From the NCBI GenBank assembly GCA_017537175.1, contig JAFYLH010000010.1, positions 15,740 to 79,739 of the forward strand: 64,000 bases of DNA, read 5' to 3'. Origin of the DNA: Clostridia bacterium (GTDB lineage Bacteria > Bacillota > Clostridia > Oscillospirales > CAG-272). The notes under the pieces are model-generated. The model was given only the letters and a program-made list of their open reading frames with translations. It was not told the origin of the DNA and made no database searches. How positions within the stretch are numbered: position 1 is the first letter of the stretch; the number at the start of each line of letters is the position of its first letter. The translations under genes and the position numbers were made by a program. Positions 17,092-25,446 of this stretch are shown piece after piece.

Positions 17092-18254
17092 TGCCGTTTA
17101 TAATTTTAGCAATAGGTGCCATACTTCTCTTTTTGATCAGAGCGGCATATTTCCGCAAAAGGGCACTTAACAACATAGTATACAAGGTGCATACCGACCG
17201 CCACGAGGTCATAGAGGGGGATGATATCTACCTCTATGAGACCATAGGCAACGGCAAAAGCATGCCGCTGCCCAATGTAAGGGTGGATGTATGCCTTCCC
17301 GACGGACTTGATTTTTGTCTGTATAATAAAAACGGAGATATGACTACCGTCTCCCATATGCATAATGTAGAAAGCCTGTTTGTCTTAAAGCCCCAAGCTG
17401 CCGTTGAGCGAAGATGGCGTATACGGGCAAGCCGCAGGGGTATATATCATCTGGGAGAAGCCCGTATGGTGGTAAACGACATTTTTGGCACAAACAAGCT
17501 ATCGGCATTTTACGATGCTCCAAAGGAAGAGGAAAACACCCTGACGGTGTTACCCCGAGCCATAGATCTTGAGGAATATTTTATTCCGGTAAGCGACCCT
17601 ATGGGAGAAAGGACCACCGATTTTTCGCTTATAACCGATCCCATACTCTATGCGGGAAGCCGTGAGTACCGTCCGGGAGACCCGATGCGCCGTATTAATC
17701 AGAAGGCCACCGCCCGTATGCATTATCCAATGGTGGATATAAACGAATACACCGAGCAAAATTCCTTTGATATAGTCTTTAACCTCCAGTCCAGAGGCAG
17801 AGAGGATGTGGGAGATACTCCCGAGTCCCGTGAGCAGGTGGAGCTGGGTGTTTCGGTATGCGCTTCGGTGTTTGAGCGGGCTCTTTGCGAGAACATTCCG
17901 GTAAGAATGATATGTAATACCACAAGCGAAAACGACGACAGGGATTATTTTGTTTCGGGATATTTTTCGGCAAGCTCGGACAATTTAGAGATGCTTCGTA
18001 TGCTTGCGGCAATAGAGATGAAGCTGTCCTGCCGTATAGAGGATATGTTAGGTGAGCTGCTTTTTGAAAACGAAAAGGATCCCACCTGCAAAAATCTTGT
18101 GCTTATTACCTCATATATTGACGAAACCATAACCGACTTTGCCTTAAGGATGATGGCGCTGGGAGTAGAGGTTATCATATTTGCCACCTCCACCCTCAGA
18201 AGCATGCCCGAGCTGCCAAAGGAGCTTAAGGTATTTTATAAGACTTATAAATAA
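17091..18254 (+). CDS. DUF58 domain protein (MoxR partner, vWA-like)
   Basis: It overlaps the moxR stop by 1 nt. It has an N-terminal TM helix and the YRPGDPMRRINQKATAR motif typical of DUF58. Confidence 0.8.
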   Translation: MPFIILAIGAILLFLIRAAYFRKRALNNIVYKVHTDRHEVIEGDDIYLYETIGNGKSMPLPNVRVDVCLPDGLDFCLYNKNGDMTTVSHMHNVESLFVLKPQAAVERRWRIRASRRGIYHLGEARMVVNDIFGTNKLSAFYDAPKEEENTLTVLPRAIDLEEYFIPVSDPMGERTTDFSLITDPILYAGSREYRPGDPMRRINQKATARMHYPMVDINEYTEQNSFDIVFNLQSRGREDVGDTPESREQVELGVSVCASVFERALCENIPVRMICNTTSENDDRDYFVSGYFSASSDNLEMLRMLAAIEMKLSCRIEDMLGELLFENEKDPTCKNLVLITSYIDETITDFALRMMALGVEVIIFATSTLRSMPELPKELKVFYKTYK

Positions 18255-18294
18255 AATATTTGACCTTTGGTCAAAAGCAAAAGGAGGAGAGTAA

Positions 18295-19734
18295 ATGAAT
18301 ACAAACAAAAGATTTGCCAAAACCGCAAAGCTGCTTTCGGTATTTGGTATTATGCTTATACTTTCTTCTTTTTTGTATGCCTTTACCGGTGCGGGGGATG
18401 GGGATATATTTGACCTTATCTTCTCGTCATTCGGGCCGATTTTGTTCGTTGGTCTCGGATATATGATCCAAAGCATTGTAGGAACCGTTACCCGATATAA
18501 GCGCAGGGACTCGCATTTTGACGGTGATGTAAAATATGTGGCTCTGTCCGCCTGCATCATTCCCATAGTCCTTTGTATACTGTGCGCCATACCTCTGGCA
18601 ATACTCTACCGCTACTACTGTGTGCTGACACAGAGCTCTATTGACATTTACGATCTTTCTCTTTATATCCCGCCCATACTTTCGGCGGCTATGATGATAT
18701 TGGGTGCTTTAGTGTGGTTCTTTCCCTATCACACCCTTATCCGTACCGAGTGGGTATACGGCTACGGTGCGCTATGGCTTGCGGGATTTATAGTTTCGGT
18801 GGTATTTGGTGTATCCCTTGTACCCATAACCCTGTGCTTTACCCTGTTTATAGGAATATTCTTTACGGTAAGTAATTTAGGCTGCATTGAGGAGTCACTT
18901 TCGGCATCCAAGTTCCGTGTTCCCTCAAATAATTTCAGATCATATAATCTCAAGCTGACCTTAAAGCACTATGCTCTGACCCTTATTGTAGCAGTGCTTA
19001 TCCTGTGCCTTATCATATTGGCAGTAGGCATAATACAGCCCAAAATAACCCCCATTGACCCCGAGAGCTCGGTCCAAGAGGATGATGAGGTAGTACCCGA
19101 GGAGCCGATAGTAAGCGGTGAGGGTGTTGCCGCCGACGGCTTCTGGGCAAAGCTCTTCTATGTAAGAGATGAGTCGGGTATGGCGGGAATAATGAATGTG
19201 GCTATGATAGTAGTTACGGTAGCATTTGCGGTATTTGTGCTTTGGTGGCTCTACCGCAAGCACCTGCTTAAAAGGTTTTTTGCCTTGCTGATCCTTTTGT
19301 TCTCAAGTATTTCCGAGTTTTTTGAGGCTCTTTTGCAGCTTTTTGAGGGCAGGATAAAGGTCAGCGCAACAGAAAGCTATGTGGACACCGAGGTGGATAT
19401 AGACTGCGTGGTGGAATACCGCGAATACAAAGCAGCAGAGGTGCTGACCCGACAAGGCTTTGATGCTGCCCTGAAGGAGCTGTCAACTCTTGAAGAAAAA
19501 TATACCTACGCATACTCGGTATATACCAAGCTTATAAGAGGTCATAAATACGGCATAAAGGCCTCGGATACCCCAAGAGTACTGACCGCAAAGCTCCTTG
19601 CCGCACGAAAGCCCGAGCTTGAAAGGGCAACTCCCGTCTTTGAGGATATACGGTACAGGGATATTTCGCCCGATAAGGCTGTTTGTGAAGCAGAATTAAA
19701 CAAGCTGGCGGGAATGGTGAGAAGGATACTTTGA
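18295..19734 (+). CDS. Polytopic membrane protein with a DUF4129-like C-terminal domain; third gene of the MoxR operon
   Basis: Roughly 8 hydrophobic helices, then a soluble C-terminus (...ASDTPRVLTAKLL...FEDIRYRD...) resembling DUF4129. I saw no transglutaminase Cys-His-Asp core. Confidence 0.6.
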   Translation: MNTNKRFAKTAKLLSVFGIMLILSSFLYAFTGAGDGDIFDLIFSSFGPILFVGLGYMIQSIVGTVTRYKRRDSHFDGDVKYVALSACIIPIVLCILCAIPLAILYRYYCVLTQSSIDIYDLSLYIPPILSAAMMILGALVWFFPYHTLIRTEWVYGYGALWLAGFIVSVVFGVSLVPITLCFTLFIGIFFTVSNLGCIEESLSASKFRVPSNNFRSYNLKLTLKHYALTLIVAVLILCLIILAVGIIQPKITPIDPESSVQEDDEVVPEEPIVSGEGVAADGFWAKLFYVRDESGMAGIMNVAMIVVTVAFAVFVLWWLYRKHLLKRFFALLILLFSSISEFFEALLQLFEGRIKVSATESYVDTEVDIDCVVEYREYKAAEVLTRQGFDAALKELSTLEEKYTYAYSVYTKLIRGHKYGIKASDTPRVLTAKLLAARKPELERATPVFEDIRYRDISPDKAVCEAELNKLAGMVRRIL

Positions 19735-19753
19735 GTTAGGAACTTAATTAGTT

Positions 19754-19781
19754 AAAAAAAGCCTTGCATTGCAAGGCTTTT
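19754..19781. terminator. Bidirectional terminator between the MoxR operon and the SLT gene
   Basis: AAAAAAAGCCTTGCA-t-TGCAAGGCTTTT. Confidence 0.8.
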
Positions 19782-20430
19782 ATCTATAGGTAAGTGTAGC
19801 TATTGTCCGCACTATCTGCCGTGTGTAGTCGGTAGAGTATATCCCCTTTTCCCACATTTCCTTTGCAGCGTTTTCTCCGTAGCGGTAGCACATTGCTATC
19901 TTATTAAAATCGGTATAGCGGTGGTAATAGTCGGACAGCATATATATTCCGCACAGGACATTCTGCTTGTAATCAAGAAAATCGCTGACACCCAGCTCCT
20001 CGATGAGCTTTTGATGGTTTATCTGATTTATCTGCATAATACCGTAGTCACCGTTATCCGATATCCTGTCCTCGGTATAAGTGCTTTCTGCCCCCATTAC
20101 GGCAAACACAAGCTCACAGGGGACATCATATTCCTTGCAGATGTCAAAGACATATGCCTGCTTTTCATCATCTAAGGGAATATCATAATAATAGGCGCTG
20201 TCGGTATAGCTGCAAACCTCGGTCTCTCTGGGTTCAAAGACGGTCTCCAGGGCCTCGGGACGCTTTTGCATATTATTTGCTCCTATACTGAACCCGGTCT
20301 CGCTTTCCTCGGTCACAGGTGGCAGGGTGTCCTCCCTGGCATAGAGCATACTGCCCAGAAACCAGGACATAAAAAAGAATATGACAAGAATACAGCACAG
20401 GCTGATATTATATACCGTATTGACGCTCAC
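19780..20430 (-). CDS. Membrane-anchored lytic transglycosylase (SLT/GH23 domain)
   Basis: N-terminal TM helix. SLT motifs are AVMGAESTY (catalytic Glu-Ser) and DYGIMQINQ. Confidence 0.8.
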   Translation of the reverse strand: MSVNTVYNISLCCILVIFFFMSWFLGSMLYAREDTLPPVTEESETGFSIGANNMQKRPEALETVFEPRETEVCSYTDSAYYYDIPLDDEKQAYVFDICKEYDVPCELVFAVMGAESTYTEDRISDNGDYGIMQINQINHQKLIEELGVSDFLDYKQNVLCGIYMLSDYYHRYTDFNKIAMCYRYGENAAKEMWEKGIYSTDYTRQIVRTIATLTYR

Positions 20431-20537
20431 TATATCAATCTCCTAATTTTTTCCAGTATTTTACCATATATTCCTTGTACAATACTGTCGGAAATTGAAG
20501 GTAACAAAAAACTTCCGTTTTTTAACGGAAGTTTTTG

Positions 20538-21680
20538 TTATTTAGAGCTTCTTACAAGGGTATCAAGACCCTCCTGCAATGCATTGATGAGTATATTTGC
20601 ATCATCGACTGTAAGGGACGCATCAAGGCTCAGGCGTATTGAGCTGTCTGCCTCTTTATCGGTAAGGCCGAAGTCGGGCAGGACATAATTTGCGTGTCCC
20701 GAGTTTGAGGAGCAGGCAGAGCCGCTGGAAACATATATACCCTTGGAGGAAAGGAAGTGGAGCATAGTTTCACTCTTTATTCCCGGGAGGGTAACATTAA
20801 GAATATGGGGTGCGGCTGTTGCCGGAATGTTGGGTCTTATCTCTGCGGGGAGGCTTTTAAGTATATATTCCCTTAACTTGCCCACCGACGAAGGATAGAC
20901 ACCCGCCCTTGCCGCCTCGGCAAAGCCGAGAATTGCGGGAAGATTCTCTGTACCGCTGCGAAATCCCTTTTCCTGTCCGCCGCCAAAGGTATGGGGGGAG
21001 AGAGTACGCTTTTTCATACACTCAGCCGATACATACAAGGCACCTATGCCCTTTGGACCGTGGATCTTGTGACCCGAAAGGGTCATCATATCGCACTTCA
21101 TTGCCTCGGGAGAAAGACGCAGCTTCATATATGCCTGGACCGCATCGGTATGGGTAACTATATCGGGGGATACAGCTTTTGCCATAGTGAACAGCTTTTT
21201 GAGATCGTATACCGCGCCTGTTTCATTGTTAACGGTCATAATGCTGACCATAACCGTATTCTTGTCAAGAGCCGCCATATATTCGTTTATATCCACCCTG
21301 CCGCCGCGGCAGGACAGATATACCACCTCAAAGCCCTCTGCCTCAAGCTGCTTTGCGGTATTGAGTATAGCGGGGTGCTCACTTTTGGTGGTTATGAGCT
21401 TTTTACCCTTATTTCTTGCCTTGGCACGCATTGTGCCCATAAGAGCAAGGTTGTCCGCCTCTGTTCCCCCTGAGGTGAAAAATATCTCAGAGTGAGTGTC
21501 GCGGATGTTAAGCGAGTCAAGTATAACTTTTCTTGCCTCGGTCAGCTTTTTTTCCGCCTCGTAGCCCTTGGTATGAAGTGAGGAGGGGTTACCCCAATAC
21601 TCCCTCATAGCACGGGACATTACCTCTATGACAGAGTCATAGGGCTTAGTGGTGGCGGAGTTGTCAAAATAGAGCTCCAT
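20538..21680 (-). CDS. Cysteine desulfurase (class V aminotransferase, NifS/IscS-like)
   Basis: PLP-lysine motif SGHKIHGPKG and active-site loop SSGSACSS. Confidence 0.85.
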   Translation of the reverse strand: MELYFDNSATTKPYDSVIEVMSRAMREYWGNPSSLHTKGYEAEKKLTEARKVILDSLNIRDTHSEIFFTSGGTEADNLALMGTMRAKARNKGKKLITTKSEHPAILNTAKQLEAEGFEVVYLSCRGGRVDINEYMAALDKNTVMVSIMTVNNETGAVYDLKKLFTMAKAVSPDIVTHTDAVQAYMKLRLSPEAMKCDMMTLSGHKIHGPKGIGALYVSAECMKKRTLSPHTFGGGQEKGFRSGTENLPAILGFAEAARAGVYPSSVGKLREYILKSLPAEIRPNIPATAAPHILNVTLPGIKSETMLHFLSSKGIYVSSGSACSSNSGHANYVLPDFGLTDKEADSSIRLSLDASLTVDDANILINALQEGLDTLVRSSK

Positions 21681-22216
21681 TATTTGTTGAATGAGAAGTT
21701 GCTGATTATCTGATCCACATCCTCGGAATACTCCTCGTAATCCTCGACTGTGGATGTAAAGGTGATAACATATGCATTGTTATTACGGATACATACAACC
21801 TGCATAAACTGATACTCTTCACCTGTAACGGTAGCGGTGTATACATACTTGTGGGCATCCTCCCCCGAAAGCTTGAAGGTCTGGGGATGCTTGCCTATAT
21901 ATTCCATATCACCAAGGGTGGACTTAAACTCTTCCTCATATTTTTTCCAATAATCCTCAAGTGTCTTGGGATCCTCGGCACCGAGAGTTATGGTTGTAAT
22001 GCTTATATTTGAGTTGGAGGTAGGCACACGGGCGCTGAGAAAAGCTGTCGATACATCCTGCTCCCAAAGAGAGGGAATATATGCGGTATAGTCGGTATGC
22101 TCGTTTGAAAAAAGCTTCATACCGTCGGGCACGGCAGCATCGGTAGTATTATTGGCACAGCCCGAAAGCAGCATAACTGCCAAAGTCAAAAGTACAACTA
22201 AATACTTAATCTTCAT
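21680..22216 (-). CDS. Lipoprotein of unknown function
   Basis: ORF 21680..22267, with the start moved to ATG 22216 (AAAGAGGTGA RBS). It has a signal peptide with lipobox LLSGC. Its stop overlaps the start of the desulfurase gene. Confidence 0.7.
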   Translation of the reverse strand: MKIKYLVVLLTLAVMLLSGCANNTTDAAVPDGMKLFSNEHTDYTAYIPSLWEQDVSTAFLSARVPTSNSNISITTITLGAEDPKTLEDYWKKYEEEFKSTLGDMEYIGKHPQTFKLSGEDAHKYVYTATVTGEEYQFMQVVCIRNNNAYVITFTSTVEDYEEYSEDVDQIISNFSFNK

Positions 22217-22347
22217 AAAAATCACCTCTTTAAAGTCAATTATATTACATTCACCCCTGTATTTCAAGCAAACTTTTTATGAACTATTGATTTTAAATCC
22301 TACATATGATAATATTTATATATATTATATCTATTGGGGGGATACAG

Positions 22348-23301
22348 ATGAACAAGGTTCCAAGACCGAGAATACTTACAGTAAGCAGCGCCAACATTGA
22401 CCTGACCGCCAATATGCCGTATATTCCCTCGGCGGGTCAGACTCTTAAATCGAATTACGGATACTCTATCACCCCCGGAGGCAAGGGCGCAAACTCTGCC
22501 TTTGCGGTCAGCCGTTTGGGCGGAGAATCGGTTTTTTGTGCCAAGCTTGGCCGCGATGACTATGCCGACAGGCTTATGGATATGTTCCGCGATGCGGGCA
22601 TCAATATCGACTATATCACCGAAGCCCCCGAGGAGCGCACAGGTCTTGCCCTTGTAATGGTAGAAAAGGACGGCGCAAACCGTATAGTTACATATCCGGG
22701 AGCCAACCGCTGCCTGAGCTATGACGATACCGCCTATGCTATGGAATGCTGCCCGGATGCACTTTTGGTCCAGTTTGAAATAGAAGAAAATACGGTCATA
22801 GATACCGTAAAGTATGCCCGAAGCACCGATGTTCCCGTAATTGTGGATGCAGGCCCCGCATCAAAGGATTTCCCCTTAAGTGCTCTTGGTGCCGTAGAGA
22901 TATTCTCCCCAAACGAGGAGGAGACCTATACATATACCGGCATCAGACCTGTGGGTAAGGAAAACTGTCTTAAGGCGTGTATGGCTCTGGCAAAGCTTGT
23001 CAAGGCTAAGTATTATATCCTCAAATTGGGGGATAGAGGCGTGTTCTTTTATGACGGGCTCTATCACGATATTATTACTCCCCATAAGGTAAAGGCTGTT
23101 GATACAACCTCTGCCGGAGATGTGTTTACCGCGGCTCTTGCGGTGGAATACCTGCGCTCGGGAGATATCAAGCGCGCCTGTGAATATGCCAACATAGCAG
23201 GTGCAATTACGGTTACAAGACAGGGCTCGTTCAATTCGGTTCCCTGCCACAACGATATAAAGGAATTTGCAGAGCAAAGAGCTCTCAAAATAAAAATATG
23301 A
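22348..23301 (+). CDS. rbsK: Ribokinase-family (PfkB) sugar kinase
   Basis: The start at ATG 22348 follows a GGGGGGA RBS. Motifs are GGKGANSAFAVSRLGG and DTTSAGDVFTAA. Confidence 0.7.
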   Translation: MNKVPRPRILTVSSANIDLTANMPYIPSAGQTLKSNYGYSITPGGKGANSAFAVSRLGGESVFCAKLGRDDYADRLMDMFRDAGINIDYITEAPEERTGLALVMVEKDGANRIVTYPGANRCLSYDDTAYAMECCPDALLVQFEIEENTVIDTVKYARSTDVPVIVDAGPASKDFPLSALGAVEIFSPNEEETYTYTGIRPVGKENCLKACMALAKLVKAKYYILKLGDRGVFFYDGLYHDIITPHKVKAVDTTSAGDVFTAALAVEYLRSGDIKRACEYANIAGAITVTRQGSFNSVPCHNDIKEFAEQRALKIKI

Positions 23302-24251
23302 AAGAAAAAACAGGAAGCTTTTTGTCCTCAAACGGCACAAGCAATATAACCTACCGCATCTGTCTGCCCGAGGGTAACGCCAAGGGTATAATACAGATAT
23401 CCCACGGTATGTGCGAGTATTTTGACAGGTACGAGGATACCATAAAATATTTTACAGACTGCGGCTTTGTTGTGTGCGGAAATGACCATATGGGTCACGG
23501 CAAGAGTGTGGCTGCAGAGGACTTGGGCTATTTTGGCTCTGACAACTGGAGATGCCTTGCCGATGATCTGAAGCAATTAAACGATATAGTAAGAAAACGC
23601 TACCGCACCCTGCCCTATATACTGCTGGGTCATTCTATGGGTTCATTTATTGTGCGGGATTATATCACAAGATATGCAGACAGTATAGACGGCTGTATCA
23701 TCTGCGGAACTGCAGGCAGTAACAAGGCTCTGGGCGGCGGACTTTTGCTCTGCTCGGTCATAGAAAGGCTCAAGGGTCCAAGGTACAGAAGCAAGCTGAT
23801 AAAGGATATATCCTTCTCCGGCTACAACAAGCTCTTTAAGAGCGAAAAGGATGAGCTATCCTGGCTCAGCCGTGACGAGGCGGTAAGAAAGGCTTATGCC
23901 GATGATGACTATTGCGGATTTACCTTTACGGTAAGCGCATATAAAAATCTTTTTAATCTGCTTAAATATGTTTCAAGCGAGGAGTGGGCGAAAAATGTTC
24001 CCCTCTGGCTTCCCGTATTCATTATAAGCGGACGCGACGACCCTGTAGGCGGCTACGGCAAGGGTGTTGACGAGGTGTTTGACGCTCTCAATGACTGCGA
24101 GCTTAATTTTTTGAAATACAAATTATACGATGACTGCCGTCACGAGCTTTTTAACGAGAAAAACAAGACCGAGGTCTGTGAGGATGTAAAGGCGTTTTGT
24201 GACGAGGTAATAGAAGGAGTGCTTGAGGCAAGAGGATATGGCTTACATTAA
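23298..24251 (+). CDS. Alpha/beta hydrolase (lysophospholipase / monoacylglycerol-lipase-like)
   Basis: HGMCEY...GNDHMGHGKS and the nucleophile elbow GHSMGS. It overlaps the previous gene by 4 nt. Confidence 0.75.
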   Translation: MKEKTGSFLSSNGTSNITYRICLPEGNAKGIIQISHGMCEYFDRYEDTIKYFTDCGFVVCGNDHMGHGKSVAAEDLGYFGSDNWRCLADDLKQLNDIVRKRYRTLPYILLGHSMGSFIVRDYITRYADSIDGCIICGTAGSNKALGGGLLLCSVIERLKGPRYRSKLIKDISFSGYNKLFKSEKDELSWLSRDEAVRKAYADDDYCGFTFTVSAYKNLFNLLKYVSSEEWAKNVPLWLPVFIISGRDDPVGGYGKGVDEVFDALNDCELNFLKYKLYDDCRHELFNEKNKTEVCEDVKAFCDEVIEGVLEARGYGLH

Positions 24252-24660
24252 GATATTGGCGGTGGATTACGGAGATGTGCGTACGGGACTTGCAATTTCG
24301 GATGCCCTTGGTATGATGGCAAACGGAATAGGTACGGTCAAGGCAAAGGGGATGCACGAGCTCTGTGACATAGTTATAGAACACGCAGTAAAAAACAATG
24401 CGGGCAAGATAGTAATAGGCGATCCCGTGAACATGAACGGCACAAGAGGACCGCGCAGCGAAAAGGCTCATTTGTTTGCAGACTTTTTAAGAGAAAAGAC
24501 AGACCTGCCGGTAGAGCTGTTTGACGAAAGATGCTCCACTATGGTGGCACACACCTATCTTGATGCCACAGGCACCCACGGTAAAAAGCGCAAAGATGTT
24601 GTTGATACTCTTTCGGCGCAGATAATATTGCAGGATTATTTGGATCGGCACAGGTCTTGA
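24223..24660 (+). CDS. ruvX: Putative pre-16S rRNA nuclease / Holliday-junction-resolvase-like protein YqgF
   Basis: ILAVDYGDVRTGLAISD N-terminal motif and SAQIILQDYL C-terminus. The start is uncertain (TTG 24223 or ATG 24238). Confidence 0.85.
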   Translation: MRQEDMAYIKILAVDYGDVRTGLAISDALGMMANGIGTVKAKGMHELCDIVIEHAVKNNAGKIVIGDPVNMNGTRGPRSEKAHLFADFLREKTDLPVELFDERCSTMVAHTYLDATGTHGKKRKDVVDTLSAQIILQDYLDRHRS

Positions 24661-24676
24661 TGCCTTGCATCAAGAC

Positions 24677-24757
24677 GCGATATAAATCCCTTATGGGATT
24701 TGCGATATTCCCCAAGGGGAGCGATATATCCTTCGGATGCGATATGCCCTGTGGGGC
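24677..24757 (+). repeat. Array of 4 units, each GCGATAT plus a different short hairpin
   Basis: The four units are GCGATAT-AAATCCC-tta-TGGGATTT, GCGATAT-TCCCC-aa-GGGGA, GCGATAT-ATCC-ttcg-GAT and GCGATAT-GCCC-tgtg-GGGC. Confidence 0.85.
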
Positions 24758-24852
24758 GCGGGGGATTTATATCATATCGCGTTGAACGAAGTGAGACATA
24801 TCGCGTTTGTATAGCAAACATATCACATACGAACAAAGTGAGTATATATCGC
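24758..24852 (-). repeat. Inverted continuation: 4 units ending in ATATCGC/ATATCAC
   Basis: The units are ...CATATCGC (24773-24780), GTTGAACGAAGTGAGAC-ATATCGC, GTTTG-tatag-CAAAC-ATATCAC and ATACGAACAAAGTGAGTAT-ATATCGC. Units 2 and 4 share GAAC[GA]AAGTGAG. Confidence 0.7.
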
Positions 24853-24883
24853 AAAACACCCCGAGGTCTCTCGGGGTGTTTTA
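24853..24883 (-). terminator. Terminator of the small Cys-rich gene
   Basis: AAAACACCCCGAG-gtct-CTCGGGGTGTTTT directly after the stop at 24884. Confidence 0.8.
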
Positions 24884-25039
24884 TTATATAATCTGCTCTT
24901 CCTTTAGTTTTTCCAGCTGATCGGCAGGAATGTCTACATAAATACATTCTATACACTTGCCTTGAATGTCAAGTGATATACTATCCAATACACATTTATT
25001 TTTTCTGTTATATATACAGTATTCGTTTTCACAGTTCAT
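24884..25039 (-). CDS. Small (51 aa) Cys-rich protein, putative zinc-binding; function unknown
   Basis: ORF 24884..25069, with the start moved to ATG 25039, which sits behind a strong RBS (GGAGGTG). Cys residues are at positions 3, 8, 16, 29 and 32. A terminator lies directly after the stop, and the region is AT-rich. Confidence 0.65.
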   Translation of the reverse strand: MNCENEYCIYNRKNKCVLDSISLDIQGKCIECIYVDIPADQLEKLKEEQII

Positions 25040-25060
25040 AATAGCACCTCCTATCGTTAA

Positions 25061-25123
25061 TTGTAGCACATTTGTAATGCATTTGCAATGGTTATTTGTA
25101 GCACAATATGTATTACAATTGTA
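25061..25123. promoter_or_regulatory. Operator-like repeats in the divergent promoter region of the Cys-rich/RHH gene pair
   Basis: TTGTAGCACA occurs twice, 35 bp apart (25061-25070 and 25096-25105). There is a perfect palindrome TACAATTGTA at 25114-25123. Confidence 0.4.
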
Positions 25124-25149
25124 TCAACAGCGGTACTGTGGAGGTAAGT

Positions 25150-25323
25150 ATGAAAAAATTTAAAATTCCGTCAACTCCCCTAACGACAAACAAATCCATA
25201 AGATTTCCCAATGATATCATAGAAAAAGTTGAAAACGCAATACAAGGTAAGGAATGTACTTTTACCGCATTTGTAGTAGAAGCTGTGCGCGTTGCTTTAG
25301 AAAATTTAGAAGAAGAAGAATAG
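25150..25323 (+). CDS. Small (57 aa) ribbon-helix-helix (CopG/Arc/omega-like) DNA-binding protein
   Basis: The start at ATG 25150 follows a GGAGGTAAG RBS. KSIRFPNDIIEKVENAI (beta strand plus helix 1) and FTAFVVEAVRVALENLE (helix 2) fit the RHH fold. It is divergent from the Cys-rich gene. Confidence 0.65.
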   Translation: MKKFKIPSTPLTTNKSIRFPNDIIEKVENAIQGKECTFTAFVVEAVRVALENLEEEE

Positions 25324-25414
25324 TCGATATGCTTGCTTCGTAAGCTCGATATGTTCGTCTTACGACGAACTCGATATGTCCCTTACGGGACTCGATATGT
25401 TTTGCAAGCAAAAC
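25324..25414 (+). repeat. Array of 4 units, each TCGATAT plus a different hairpin
   Basis: The four units are TCGATAT-GCTTGC-ttc-GTAAGC, TCGATAT-GTTCGTC-ttac-GACGAAC, TCGATAT-GTCCC-ttac-GGGAC and TCGATAT-GTTTTGC-aa-GCAAAAC. Confidence 0.85.
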
Positions 25415-25446
25415 GAGAAAAAGACACCCGAGGGTGTCTTTTTTAT
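25415..25446. terminator. Bidirectional terminator between the RHH gene and the NSS transporter gene
   Basis: AAAAAGACACCC-gag-GGTGTCTTTTTT. Confidence 0.8.

Noticed and set aside
16153-19734. MoxR/DUF58 operon as an anti-phage defence system
   Set aside because: Nothing in the sequence (nuclease, sensor or toxin domains, or defence-island neighbours) supports this. It fits the common housekeeping MoxR chaperone-like architecture.
24636-24956. ORFs 24636..24956 (minus, 106 aa) and 24700..24891 (plus, 63 aa) across the GCGATAT array
   Set aside because: They are composed of translated repeat units and a terminator hairpin, with no RBS. The repeats explain the open frames.
24677-25414. CRISPR-like interpretation of the constant-7-mer plus variable-segment arrays (also 36606-36714)
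   Set aside because: The repeats are only 7 nt. The 'spacers' are 11-19 nt and are themselves palindromic hairpins. There is no leader or cas genes in the window. The periodicity and sizes are far outside known CRISPR or TIGR-type arrays.
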